Shown here: positions 12,657 through 24,412 of the stretch, piece after piece | Layout: the number at the start of each line of letters is the position of its first letter | Position numbering within the stretch: the first letter of the stretch is position 1 | NCBI GenBank assembly: GCA_001938485.1 | Contig: MQRK01177396.1 | Location: 4,600-55,734 of the forward strand | Source of the DNA: Girardia tigrina | Taxonomy: Eukaryota | Length of the DNA stretch: 51,135 nucleotides | Direction: 5' to 3' | Position numbers and translations under genes: made by a program | Notes under the pieces: generated by a model | Told to the model about the DNA's origin: nothing | What the model saw: only the letters and a program-made list of their open reading frames with translations | The model's database searches: none

Positions 12657-12977
12657 TTATTTCATTTTAACGATCACCCAACAAAGGAAAAATATGAGCG
12701 AGGCAAACATCAGTAAATAGAGAATGAGTTTTGTGGGATTATGTTTGGCGATGTGACCCAATTTGGACATTGTCGATTTGAGAGTGCCGTCGACTCTGTC
12801 GGCATCGCACATGAACGACGATTGGAGAAAGTTATTCTGATTTCTCACTTCTTCACCGATGTGAATACTGAGATGTTTCAGAGCGTCAGTTTGAAGATGG
12901 AGTTGATTGATTAAATGTTCGTTTTGTTCGTCGATAATCGAACTGTTTCCACCAGAACCGATATTCGTTCTACGCAT
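12657..12977 (-). CDS. BET1: BET1-like Qc-SNARE (ER-Golgi), 106 aa, intronless
   Basis: MRR start, SNARE heptad ALKHLSIHIGEEVRNQN with central Q, and C-terminal transmembrane anchor LILYLLMFASLIFFLCWVIVK. Confidence 0.92.
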   Translation of the reverse strand: MRRTNIGSGGNSSIIDEQNEHLINQLHLQTDALKHLSIHIGEEVRNQNNFLQSSFMCDADRVDGTLKSTMSKLGHIAKHNPTKLILYLLMFASLIFFLCWVIVKMK

Positions 12978-13207
12978 TGAAATGTTACGATTTTATTTTT
13001 TTTAATTTTGGTTTGGAAAGAAAGTTAAAGGGAAACAAAAGTTTAAGGAATGTGTTGTTTTGTGTTTGGAAGAAGTAATAATTTGAAATTAGTATCAATC
13101 TATACGTAGTGATTTGGATTATTTAAACAAAGTTTTTAGAAAATTGATAAAACGAATTCCGGATGATTTTTTTCTTTAACAATACTCATCCATTAAAAAT
13201 ATATTTA

Positions 13208-13250
13208 TAGACAATATATTTCGACGGATCTACCGTCATCTTCAGGTCAC
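13208..13250 (-). ncRNA. Minimal type I hammerhead ribozyme of Penelope-like pLTR type
   Basis: Minus strand: GAC-CTGAAGA-T-GACGG TAGAT CCGTC-GAAA-TATATT-GTC. This gives the CUGANGA and GAAA cores, stem II GACGG/CCGTC, palindromic stem III ATATAT and stem I GAC/GTC. Confidence 0.75.
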
Positions 13251-13475
13251 TGATTAAAAATCAATTCACCTGTATATAAATACAAAAATGATGATTATGT
13301 AAAAATATTTCTTTTTTATTTAAAAATTGAAATATAGTTATCATGAATTTTATTTTATTTCAATTTTGAAATGTAAAGATTTTTTGTCAAAATTGAAATG
13401 AAATAAAATTATTTATTGTCTCTCTGAGTATCGTTTCTGATGTAATTGGAAACATTGTGCCACGAGAATTCGCCA

Positions 13476-16243
13476 TGTTACATGTTAAATTTATTTATTT
13501 AATGAAATATTTAACATGAAAAAATCTGGATAATAAAATCTAGATAATTTCTTTAAATAAATAAAAGTATTTTTTGTTGAAAAATAAAGTTTATAGATTT
13601 GTTATTCGTTGTTACAAGCTATCCGGGCAATGATAAGAGATTTAAAAATTATACTCGATCATTTAAAGAAATTTAATGCAAAGGGCAGTTTTCAAATGCG
13701 GAAGAAAAAGTTCAAGATGATTATGAAATCCAGAGGATTTTGGATCCGGTCCCATATCTTCCTTTTTTGTTAACGGATGTTCCGTTAAATATATACATGG
13801 AATTGAATGAAAAGAAACAAAGCAACTGTGAAGAAGTGCTGCAAATCTTGGATAATTCATTCGGATTAACCAGACGATCTGTGTACAGTCAACTGATTTA
13901 TTTGAAATATTACGAATGACAAACTATTGACGATTAAGTTTCTCAAGTAAAGATGCTGGCATTAAAAATCGACAATCTGACCAAGGCAGCCTTTATGGCT
14001 CGATTGCCGTTCGAGTTGCAATTGAATTTAGAACAGGCCGGTGATCAAGATTTAACCGAAATGGTTGAATATAGTCGCAGATATTTAGGAATTAAAAAGT
14101 GCATCACACAAAGTTCAATGTCAGCGGTACAAAACGTTGGTGATGGAAAGATTGTTTCTAAAGAACGAGGTGAGGTCAACCGCGGTAGAAGGAGTTCCTT
14201 TATAAAACCCAGTATGCCACATAACGGAAATCTGGTACAAACAAGGGTAAACCCTTATGAAAATTCTCAGCGCCGATCTAATGGACAAATAATTTGCTAT
14301 AAATGTACGCAACTTTGACATATAGCAAAATATTGCAAGTCGGGAAACGGACAGGGGAGTTTGTAGACGCCGGCTCTCTCCCTCTGAAATTTCCGGAGCT
14401 GCCAACCATGACTGTCATTGTTAACAACAAGTCGGTTACAGCGTTGAAAGATTCAGGTTGCTCAAAAACTGTTGTTTTGAAAGGGTTGGTGAAGGGAAAC
14501 TCATTAAAGTCGAATGAGCAACGAATTGTTTTGTTCAGTGAAGGAAAATGAGATGAGAAAATAGTTGTCGAATTATTCGAGAAAATCAAATTTGTTTTGA
14601 AAAAAGTTAAGGAGGAAGATCCTTGTAGAGGAATATGGAGTATTGATGATTGTAAATACGGCATCATATGGTGTGATGCCAGTTCGATAGCCATTCGGGC
14701 AGCATTGTAAGTTATAGGAAATATTATAGAAGGTTAAGGAAAACTGAAGATTCTAGGCACTTAAACTTAGCAGAACTAGAATTAGTTATAAAGGGTCTAA
14801 ATCTGTTTATTAAATGGGGACTAACGAATGTTGTAGTAAAATCACATAACAAATCAGTTTTTTCTTGGATAACTGAGGTACTATCAGAACGAAATAAATT
14901 ACACACGAAAGCCTCTTCCGAGCTTTTGATAAAGCGTCGATTGTCAATGATTAAGGAGTTGTGTCAGGAATACGAAATAACTTTGAAAATTGAGTTTCTT
15001 AATAGTGAAGACAACAAGGCTGATGAATTGACAAGAATACCCAAACAATTAAAACGAAGCAGTTACCTTTTGTCTGTAACAGATGACCTATTAAAACTAC
15101 AGAAACTGCATGACAGATGTCATTTAAGTGCAAAGAGAATGCAATATCTGTGCGATAAGTTGGAAATAAATGTGTCAAATGCGGATATAAAGGATTTGAC
15201 CTCAAAGTTGTCAATCTATTGATCCGGCGCCAATAAAATGGGGACCTGGAAAATTAGCTGTCAATGAAAACTGGACAAGACTTGCAACGGATGTCACAAA
15301 ATTTGATCAACAAAATTCTTAAGTATCATTGATTGTGGACCCTCTCGATTTACTGTATGGAAACTAATCAAGGCTGAGGATGTCAAGTAGATTGTTACAG
15401 AGTTTTCAAATTTATTCTGCAAGTGTTTATTTATCTCCCACGGAGTTGATTATTGACAATTATACGACATTTTATTCAACAGAATTCAGCAAGTTGATGG
15501 AGAAATGGAATATACATGTCTTATACCGAGCTATTAATCGACCAAATTGCAACGGAATAATAGAGAGAAATCACAAGACAATCACGAGAATTGCGTCTAG
15601 ATCGAATATCAGTATCATGAAAGCCTTATAGTGGTATAACAACACACCGTCCGACGGAAAGGAGACACCTCGTTCAGCACTTTACAAGTACATTTCATTC
15701 GGTTTGGAGATAATCGAAAAAATTGAAAAGGAGCCGGTTTACAATAAGGTAAAGACAGACTTTGTAGAACAACAGTTAGTCTGGATAAAACTTGAAAATA
15801 ATATGCCATGTACAAAGCAATGAACAAGAGGTGTTGTCGTTAGGAAATTGGATCAAAGAAAGTACTTAATAAATTGTGATGGTTTTTTGCGGTCCACGGC
15901 ATATAGCAGATATTCGAACAAGACAACCTGACTTGCTGCGAAACTCTTACTCGGATTACATCTTGGAAAATAACAACGAATCAGCTTCGAGTGTTAAGCA
16001 AAATGAATCGGGAATCAGCAACAGACCCCAAAGAGAAAGACGAAAACCGAATTATTTGAACGAGTATGTAGTAGATATAGATTCTTGTGACGAAGAATCT
16101 TGGGGGAGTGTTACATGTTAAATTTATTTATTAAATGAAATATTTAACATGAAAAATATGGATAATTATTTGTTTATATAATATCTATTTAAAAGTATTT
16201 TTGTTGAAAAATAAATTTTATAGATTTTTTATTCGTTGTTACA
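13476..16243 (+). mobile_element. Compact gypsy-like LTR retrotransposon, RT domain deleted
   Basis: LTRs 13476-13616 and 16109-16243 (TGTTACA...GTTACA), TSD CGCCA/TGCCA, PPT GGGGGAG at 16102-16108. Gag from ATG 13630 with CYKC knuckle, protease LKDSGCS, RNase H DPCRGIW...WCDAS...HLNLAEL, integrase IDN...NGIIERNHKTI. No RT motifs between protease and RNase H. Confidence 0.93.
13617..13628 (+). promoter_or_regulatory. Non-canonical primer-binding site complementary to tRNA-Lys(UUU) nt 1-12
   Basis: AGCTATCCGGGC directly after the LTR-terminal CA. Its reverse complement GCCCGGATAGCT is the recalled 5' end of metazoan tRNA-Lys(UUU). Confidence 0.7.
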
Positions 16244-16568
16244 TGCCATTAGAGTAATCTTTGTATTCTGGATAGTAATTCTATATTGATTTGGTTTTCT
16301 CATATAGAAATTAGACTTATAATATTGATTTGACTCTTTTAAGTAGTATACATAACATTTGTCTCCTACATGGCTAATTGCACTAAATACGAAACTAAGA
16401 TCTTTTAAATAATTTGTAAAAGAATAATTAAACTGATCTATCATTATTTTCAATTTAAACTTATTTTTAATTTTCATCCAGATTTCGCCAAATGTAAGAG
16501 CTTCTGGATATGACATGATGCAAATTTCACTTAGACTAAAAGACCGCAAAAATTCTCATTAACCTCAA
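16244..16568 (-). pseudogene. Paralog of the 1040-1363 exon, interrupted by the LTR element and continuing at 13475 to about 13400
   Basis: RSFSLSEICIMSYPEALTFGEIWMKIKNKFKLKIMIDQ...CYVYYL. Removing the LTR element and one TSD gives continued open reading. Probable frameshifts at both ends. Confidence 0.6.
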
Positions 16569-17039
16569 CTACCGGAAAATAGAAATAATATAATCAAAGT
16601 TTTTTTGACAACCTTGATATTGAAATTTCATAAACTATAATTATAAGTAATGTTTTAACCCTTTAAATTTGAATAATTCATACAGGGGGATCTAAAAGTT
16701 TCTACCACATTTTCATAATGCATTTTTATCATTAAAAATATATAAAACATATGTTTACACTAGAAAACGTGTTAACTTTATTAGGCCTTTCAAATATTTT
16801 TTATTTGCGACTTTTTTTACTTGGAGTTGTGAGTAATGGTTTATATGTATGAATGTTGCATGTTGATTTAAGATTGTGTCTTTCTTACACAGATAGCTGA
16901 TGAATATTTTAATTCGTATAATCTGAAAATTATTTAATCTAATTTAATGTTTAAATTTATTTGAAATTTAAAAATCACCGAAATTTTAAATGGTTTGAAT
17001 AATTTATATTAAATTTTAAAAATAATAAAAAGTCATTTT

Positions 17040-17540
17040 AGTTTGGCAAAGGAAACACAGATCTGACGTAATATGATTCAGCTGGCGAAAGTCAATGCAA
17101 ATTTGAAAGTCATGTTTCCCTTACTACACTTCTCTATGATATCATTTTTCTAAAATCTAATAACATCATCCAATTTCTCTTAATAATGTTTTGGCTGCCG
17201 AAAAGGACTTCTCTAGTATTAAGTTTCCATATTTCTTTATACTGTGTTTTCACTAATCTTTTCCTGATAAATTACTTATCAGCAATCAATATAGATCTAT
17301 ATTCTGATAAGATCTGCTTAATTGCCCGTCAATTTGATCGTTATATATTTCTATTATTATTCTTTCAGTCTAATCTCAATGGAGAGATCATATTTAAGCT
17401 AATAAATTTCCCTACGTAATGGTGTTTGTATATTCAATTTTATTTCGAATTTATCCAAGAAATCTATACTTGCGTTCATTTCTGGATGTAGTTTTTTGAA
17501 CGCATGAGACTATCAACTTATGAGGTCCTTTAATATCCTC
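17040..17540 (-). mobile_element. Highly decayed gypsy RT N-terminal fragment
   Basis: CIDFRQLNHITSDLCF motif at about 17100-17045. Confidence 0.6.
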
Positions 17541-17609
17541 ATTCAATTGAAAAATTCTATAATTTATTAATTTTGAGTCATTTGAGCATTTTATACGTTT
17601 TCTGTTTTA

Positions 17610-18412
17610 TTAGGTTGGGGAATAAGTTCGTAGCGTTTCTACCGAAGATTTTTATTTAAAGAAAAAACAATAATTATATCGATTATTTAATCAATTATAT
17701 ATTCGCAGTTGTTGTTTACAATCTCTTCCCACCTCTTGACCAAGTTGTAGATGCTGTTCCACCAAAAATTGCCTGGTCTGGTGTCAAAAAAGTTGTTGAG
17801 CTAGTTTTCAAGGACCTCTTTGTAATCAAAATGGATTAATAGGGAGCGGAAAAGATGGCAATCGTTCTGTGCAAAGTCTGGAGAATATGGTGAATGCTGA
17901 AGGACATCTCATTCGAGCTCTTGGAGTGCAGTTTTGATGATTTGTGCAACATGGAGCCTGTCTTATCATGAAGGAGTATGGTTTCATCCTCTTGATCATA
18001 TCTTTTCAGTCGAATAGAAGTGCGAATTGAATCCAGTTATCACTACGAGAACTTTCGAACAATCTTTAACTTAGAAGAGAAACGAAAGCAAACTTAATTC
18101 TTGAAAAGTTGGTATCGTTAGTATCGTTAGCCTTCCCATCAAACTCAAAACAATCCGAAATCTCATAGATGCAATTTGACTGAAATGTCTGACCAAATGG
18201 AAATCTGAAAGAACGTTGTGTTCTTTCTTTCCGAATTTTTTCCGAACATTTCCTGGTGCATATGCCCTCCAAGTCCCACCAAACACATATCATGATCTTT
18301 TTTGGATGAATGTCCTGCTTGACTCTCGGTTTTGGCGTATCTGCTGGAGCCACCAACTCCTGTCTTTGCTTTATATTGATTTAAGGCACCATTTCTCATT
18401 TCCCGTGTCGAT
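17610..18412 (-). mobile_element. 5'-truncated mariner (cecropia-like) with a foreign insert at about 18022-18250
   Basis: TA followed by TIR TTAGGTTGGGGAATAAGTTCGTAGCGTTT. Motifs TGNEKW, KPRVKQDIHPKKIMICVWWD and SIYNLVKRWEEIVNNNCEYIID*. Confidence 0.85.
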
Positions 18413-18629
18413 TCGGTAAAAAAAACACCATTAATGATTTTTTACAAAAAATCAAGTATAAATACTGAGTGATTTTGACAGAAAAAACGAAGCAAACAAC
18501 CAAGAAACTCATTTAAGAGGAAAGAATCGAGCGAATTGAATCCAGTTATCACTACGAGAACTTTCGAACAATCTTTAACTTAGAAGAGAAACGAAAATAA
18601 ACTTAATTCTTGAAAAGTTGGTATCGTTA
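18022..18629 (+). repeat. 99-bp direct repeat (18022-18120 and 18531-18629)
   Basis: GCGAATTGAATCCAGTTATCACTACGAG...GGTATCGTTA occurs twice with about 2 mismatches. Confidence 0.9.
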
Positions 18630-20192
18630 TTTTTCGAACCGATAGAGGGGAGATAATCCGTTACTCTCTCTCTCGGGTCCCGTGAATAAATTAATTAATT
18701 TTTAAAGAAAAGACAATGGTTGGATGATTGATTCAAACGAATGTTTTTAATTAAAATGAATTTTAAGAAAGTACTTTAAAATAGAACTATAAAATATCAA
18801 TGGATTTTATTTCTTTTTTTCATTTCTTTTTATTTATCTTATTTTCCGATCGAACTAAAATGGCCTCGGGTAGAATAACAAATAAAATCATTTATGGTTA
18901 CTCTAAACGATTGATGTATTCTATAATCGCGAAACGATTTGACGTTTTGGCTAAATGTCTGAAGGCCCAGACTGGCTCATGCTAACACATAGTACAGAAA
19001 GGGTTTTTCACCTTGGGCGCCGGAGACGAACAAACGTCCGGAGGCGTCATGTGAGCGCCCGGTCTCGAAATCGACTCCGATCCTTTGTCCCTTCTTGACT
19101 TAGAATAACGAACACAATATCTGGTATTCTTTATTTAATAATAATTCCAAATGTTCGGACAGATTGATTGCCAGCAGTCCGAGATAAAGAATCAGCGGCT
19201 TGTCCGCAGATTTTCAAAGTTAAAAAAGAGAGAGAGACTCTCCGGAATGATAACCTGCACCTGAGTTTGAACGAGTGACGAAAAGTCTAAAAGTGACCAG
19301 AGACGCCGCTATCGACCCTGACGAGTATGTCAGAGGAGTGAAGCGATCCATCACTCTCGAGACGCGGTTGTGCGAGGTAGAAAGGTTCTACACAGAGCAA
19401 GTCCGATTGATGATGCGAGAGAAAGTCGAGCGCTACAAGCTGACGGAAACGGATACTCAAAGTACCCAGTGGACGGTTGCCAACTATCATGGCTAAAATT
19501 ATTTAAAATGGAGACAGAGACAAGAACTGAAAAAGAGCATGGACCAAATCTTTAAAGTTTTTAAAAAAATAATTTTTTGAAAATTCGTTTTCGTGTTATA
19601 TGTTCGTTATTTAAAATATTAATTGATAAGGTGTCAAATGATTCTCTTTCTGTCTTTGTCACTGATAACGTGCGTTTATACCAAAATGAAATGTACAGTA
19701 AGAAAGACGGATTTGCGTCAAGGATATTCGAGTTCACACTTTTGTAGATATAATACATTACAATAAAAGATAAATTATTATTACAATAAAAATTGATTAT
19801 TACAATAAAACAGTGTTGTGTTTTTCAAGTCCGTACCATAATAATTCTAATAGACATATAGTGGTTATTATTATTATAGATAAAATTAAATTGAATCAAA
19901 CAATCAGATTTATTTTAAACACTAAAAAAATCAATTCAATTAATTTAAAAAATTATATTAACAAATTAAGTTTAAATTATAAAAAAAATATTTGATTAAA
20001 TTTAATCAGATAACTTGATTTAGTTTAATTTCAAAAAAATCGTTAAAAGCTATATCAATATTTATAAATATTTAAATATAATATATATTAGTTATTATAA
20101 TAATAATTACATATACTTTTATGTATATAACAAAAATTATTTTGTTTAAATAAAAAAATCTTTTATGATAATGATTTTTTCGCTTTAAAATA

Positions 20193-20525
20193 CTTGGTTG
20201 TTGCAAAAGCAATGTAGGGTTTTAAACCTAAACTTTAAACAAATGCAGCTCAGCACAGAATAAACTTTATTAATCGAAATAAAAACCATCAGAATCAATA
20301 TATTTTGGCGAACGAGAAACAAGTTTATTGATGCCCCCAATGTAGAACTCCTGAGTTTTGGATACGATAAAGGCGTCTTTGGCGTCGTCTTGGTTTTTTA
20401 AGCATTTTCCTGGAGGAAGTTGTCCAGATGCTTGAAAAAATGGTAGTCGGTTGGCTAGAGGTCCGGTGAGTAGGGTGGATGAGGCAGAGTTTCGTAGCCC
20501 AATTCGTTAGCTTTTGTAGGGTCGT
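20193..20525 (-). mobile_element. 3' fragment of an Hsmar1-like mariner
   Basis: ELGYETLPHPPYSPDL*PTDYHFFKHLDNFLQ...GINKLVSR...DSDGFYFD*. TIR-like TTGGTTGTTGCAAAAGCAATG next to TA. Confidence 0.85.
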
Positions 20526-20559
20526 TCATGAAAATGGATGGAAAAAGACGGACAAGGAA

Positions 20560-20940
20560 GAGGAAATATATCGATAGTAACACGATCAAATCAGACAATA
20601 TATATCAGAGTTTGCTGACGTCTCTGATGGACTACCGGGGCAACCCGATGAACTGCGTCTACGTCGAGCAAGTCCGCACCTCAATAAATAAGAGTAAGTA
20701 CCCGATCTATATAGTTTGCTGGACCCCAGAAAATTTTCGACTCAATTCAAGATGTGGATCCAATTGAGATTTAATTTTGAAACAAGCCTCCAAGAGACAT
20801 ATTGTCTGGAGAGCCAAGAGAATATGGTTGCCAGCAACAATCAAATCTCTAGGCTCCCACTCAAAATACATTACAACAGATAGAACAACAGTTCCGGACT
20901 ATGAGAGACATAAAGGACACAACGTTAAAAACTAATAGTT
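20560..20940 (+). mobile_element. Possible decayed gypsy integrase C-terminal fragment
   Basis: SLMDYRGNP resembles the LLxYRxTP motif and WLPATI resembles the GPY/F-region motif. Confidence 0.35.
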
Positions 20941-23900
20941 GCAGGACTTTTATTTGTTTTGATAATAAATAATTTGGTAAATGTTGTGTCATATGATTAA
21001 GGACTGTTTGTTTAAATGCTTAAATAAATAATTCTTTAACATTGAACTTGATACGACATGGAGATGAGGACAAAGTATTAAACTGCCTTTTCCACTATTA
21101 CAATTACGATTGTCCTATATTATTCATAATTCATGGCTACAATTACAATTCCATTTTTATCTCTGAACTACAATTCTGCCACCACATGATTGGAGCAGTT
21201 CAATTCATCTTGAAAATTCATTATGACAAGGCCGACCTGAAATTGGTGTTTTTGTCTTTCTGTGGCTCAGAGTGTTACAAATTACTTTCAAGCGTAGTGC
21301 CACTGAAGAATTTACTGGATGATTCATACACATTTTCATTTGAAGATGACAAGGATGTCAACAATCTCAGAATTGTTTTGTTCAATCATCTACGTCCCAA
21401 AATTATTCTTCATCATGAGAGACACAAGTTCTTCATGCTCAAGCAGAAATCTCTCTCTACTCAACCATTCGTTGCTCTCTTGCGACAATTTGCTGCATCG
21501 TGCAATTTTGGTGACCTTCTAGATAGTTTGCTTCTAACCTAGTTCATTAATGGGCTAACTGACACTACACTGCAAACGAGACTATTATTGCAGGCTAACT
21601 TGACATTGGACGTTGCAGTACAGTACTCATTATTACATGAAGCATCTTCATCAATCCAACCATCTATTGATTTTGTTTGCAAGTTTGACAGTCACCAACC
21701 TCAGGACAGCAAAAAATACAAATCTGAGGAATACAAATGCTTCTATTGCGGCAAAACCAACCAAATACGAAAAGACTGCAAGTTTCGCAATGCAAAGTGC
21801 TCAACCTGCCATTCTATGGGCCACATTGCCTCAGTGTGTAGAAGTAGCGAAAACAAGAAACCTGACAAGCACTTCAAAAGCACCAATTACCTCATGGTGA
21901 TAAATGATGATGTGGTAGCAACTTGCGACAATTCTGATCATGGGTTGAAGAAAACACTAAATGTCAATGGTGTTCCTATAACTTTTCTGTTAGACACCGG
22001 TTCTCCAGTCAAGGTTATTCCATGTCGTTTGTTGCCCATAACATCAACCCTACGACCATTTCCACGAGTACAATGTTACAATCGAAGCCCCTTAGACATT
22101 CTTGGTGCCACTGGTGTCACTATATTACATACTGATCAACCAATGGTTTTGGAAATATTATTAGTAAATGGTGATTTGGTACCCCTGTTTGGTCGCATTG
22201 CTCTATTTCTCTTCATATTTTTTCTGTGGCACCAATCACAGTGGACAACAATCTAGGTAATGTCTGTGCTGAATTGGTTCTAAAGCCAGGTATTGAATAC
22301 TCGAAATTTCCAATATTCAAACCTCGCTGACTTCCATTGTCTTTGCGAGAAAAAGTGGAAGAAAGCATCCAGGAACAATTAAAATGTGGAATTCTGGTTC
22401 CTGTCAGTAAAGCGATCATGGCATGTCCGATTGTCCCCATCCTAAAGGCTGATGGCTCAATTCGCATTTGCGGAGATTATTCTCTCACAGCAAATAAATT
22501 TATATATGCAGAACAATATCCTTTGCCAACCTTCGAGGACATAACAACTGCATCGTTTTCTCTCAGTTGGATCTTAAAGGCGCTTATTTGAAGCTTCCTT
22601 TATAAGAAGCATCTCAATGTTACACCACCATATCTACTCACATTGGTCACTTTAACTACACAAAACTGCCTTTCGGAATTTCTTCTTCTCCTCGCATATT
22701 TTAGCAGTTTATTGATCGTCTAATTTGTTTCCCAAGGGTTTGTAGTTACCAAGATGACATTCTGATTGGTGGATTATCTCAAACTGATCATGACACTACT
22801 CTAAAAATGGTCACGGATATTCTTGAGAAATACAAACTACAAGCCAATAAAGAAAAATCAGAATTCAACAAGTTATCAGTTCACTTTCTTGGTTATATAC
22901 CTTCTGCTCATGGTGTATCTCCTGATCCTCATCATTTGGCTCAAATCAACAAACTGCATTCACCAGTCAATAGATCTCAACTGAAATTTATCATTGGCAC
23001 TTTACAATTCTACTCATGTTTCACGCCAGAAATGAGTCAAATGGCAGCTCCTCTGTTTTGCTTGCTAAGCCCAAGAGTTCCTTTCAAGTGGACACCAAAG
23101 GAGGAGGTCACTCTTCAATCACTTGTATCCAAAATAAACCTGACATCAAATCTGGTATTTTATGACATCAAGAAACCGCTCTTTCTCTCTGTGGAGTCCT
23201 CATCCACGGGTTTGGGAGCTGTAATACATTGAAAATAATCTGCTGTAAGAAAATAATCAAATAATACATTGTTCATCACGCACTCTCTCCAGCTGAAAAA
23301 AAATGCTAACATAGAACTTGAATCGCTGGTTATTATCTTTGACATCAAAAGATTTTATCAGTATTTGGCAGGCAGATGATTCACAATTCTAACTGACCAT
23401 GCTCCACTAAAATTTATATTTAATTAAATACTTTAAGTAAATACTTTACAGAGAGAATTTCAATGAGACTTCAAAGATGGGGTTTAATTTTGAAATGTTA
23501 CGATTGTGACATTCAATACATCCGTGGTGAAGAAGTTTTCCTTCCAGATCTTCTCAGCTGTATTCCCGGTAGTAAAGACAGGGATGGAAAGCAAGAAGTG
23601 GATGACATTTTTGTTGCTCAACTATCTTTGGAGGACAAATTTCTTATTTTTAATGACTTGGAAGCTGAAACCAAATCAACTTTACTTAAAACGGTCATTC
23701 ATTGGGTTCAACGCAGTTGGCCTCACAGAATTAAGAAGAAATTTATCCCATACTCATCAAACAAATACGAATATACTGTGGTAAAGGGTTGCCTACACCG
23801 AGGACACAAAGTGGTAGTTCCACCTTCACTTCGTCAAGCTGTTCTTCGATTCTTTCATGAATTTCATCCAGGTATTATTCGCATGAGTCAACTCATGAGC

Positions 23901-24244
23901 CAGTTCGTTTGGTGACCGGGAATGGATGGTGATATACAAAAATTAATCAGCCAGTGTGATCCATGTGCAAAGTCTGAACAATCGAGAGTAAATTACTCAC
24001 CTTCTGCAGGGCCGGAATCAAGCAAATTCTTCCAATGGTTGTTCATCGACTTATTCTTCTTTGATGACAAGAGTTTCCTTACCCTAATTGATCATTTCTC
24101 TAACTTTGTAGACATTCATCTATTAAAGTAGTTATCTTCCAATCAAATCATCAGTGCTCTACAAAAGACATTCTGCTATTTTAGTCTTCCCGATATTATT
24201 GTGTGTTTTGTGGTCAGCTGTAATTGACTATCATCGGGGGATGA

Positions 24245-24412
24245 CACGATCTCGTCTGTGTTCACATTCCGCGCATAATAAACGGCCCCGAAGTTGCCGC
24301 AGCCGATCTGGCGCAAGTCCGTATAGGTGAGCGCGGGGTCGTGCTCGATTGAGAACAGACCTGAGATATCGGGTCGCTTCTTGAATATCGTCGGGCGAAT
24401 CGTGTTGGGCAT
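24245..24412 (-). pseudogene. TAOK: Captured 5' fragment (56 codons) of a TAO-family Ste20 kinase
   Basis: MPNTIRPTIFKKRPDISGLFSIEHDPALTYTDLRQIGCGNFGAVYYARNVNTDEIV matches the recalled TAOK1 N-terminus ([54 protein letters not shown]) and stops just before VAIK. Confidence 0.9.

Noticed and set aside
13476-13628. Tf1-style self-priming from the element's own LTR
   Set aside because: Neither AT-rich LTR contains the complement of its 12-nt PBS.
20213-20340. Apparent PPT plus LTR (GGGGG...CCTACA on the minus strand)
   Set aside because: Translates as the mariner C-terminus and lies next to its TIR.
24207-24245. Hammerhead-like remnant at the end of the TAO fragment (CCGATGA-T-AGTCA...TGACC)
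   Set aside because: Both core boxes are broken (CCGA, no GAAA). Suggestive but not callable.
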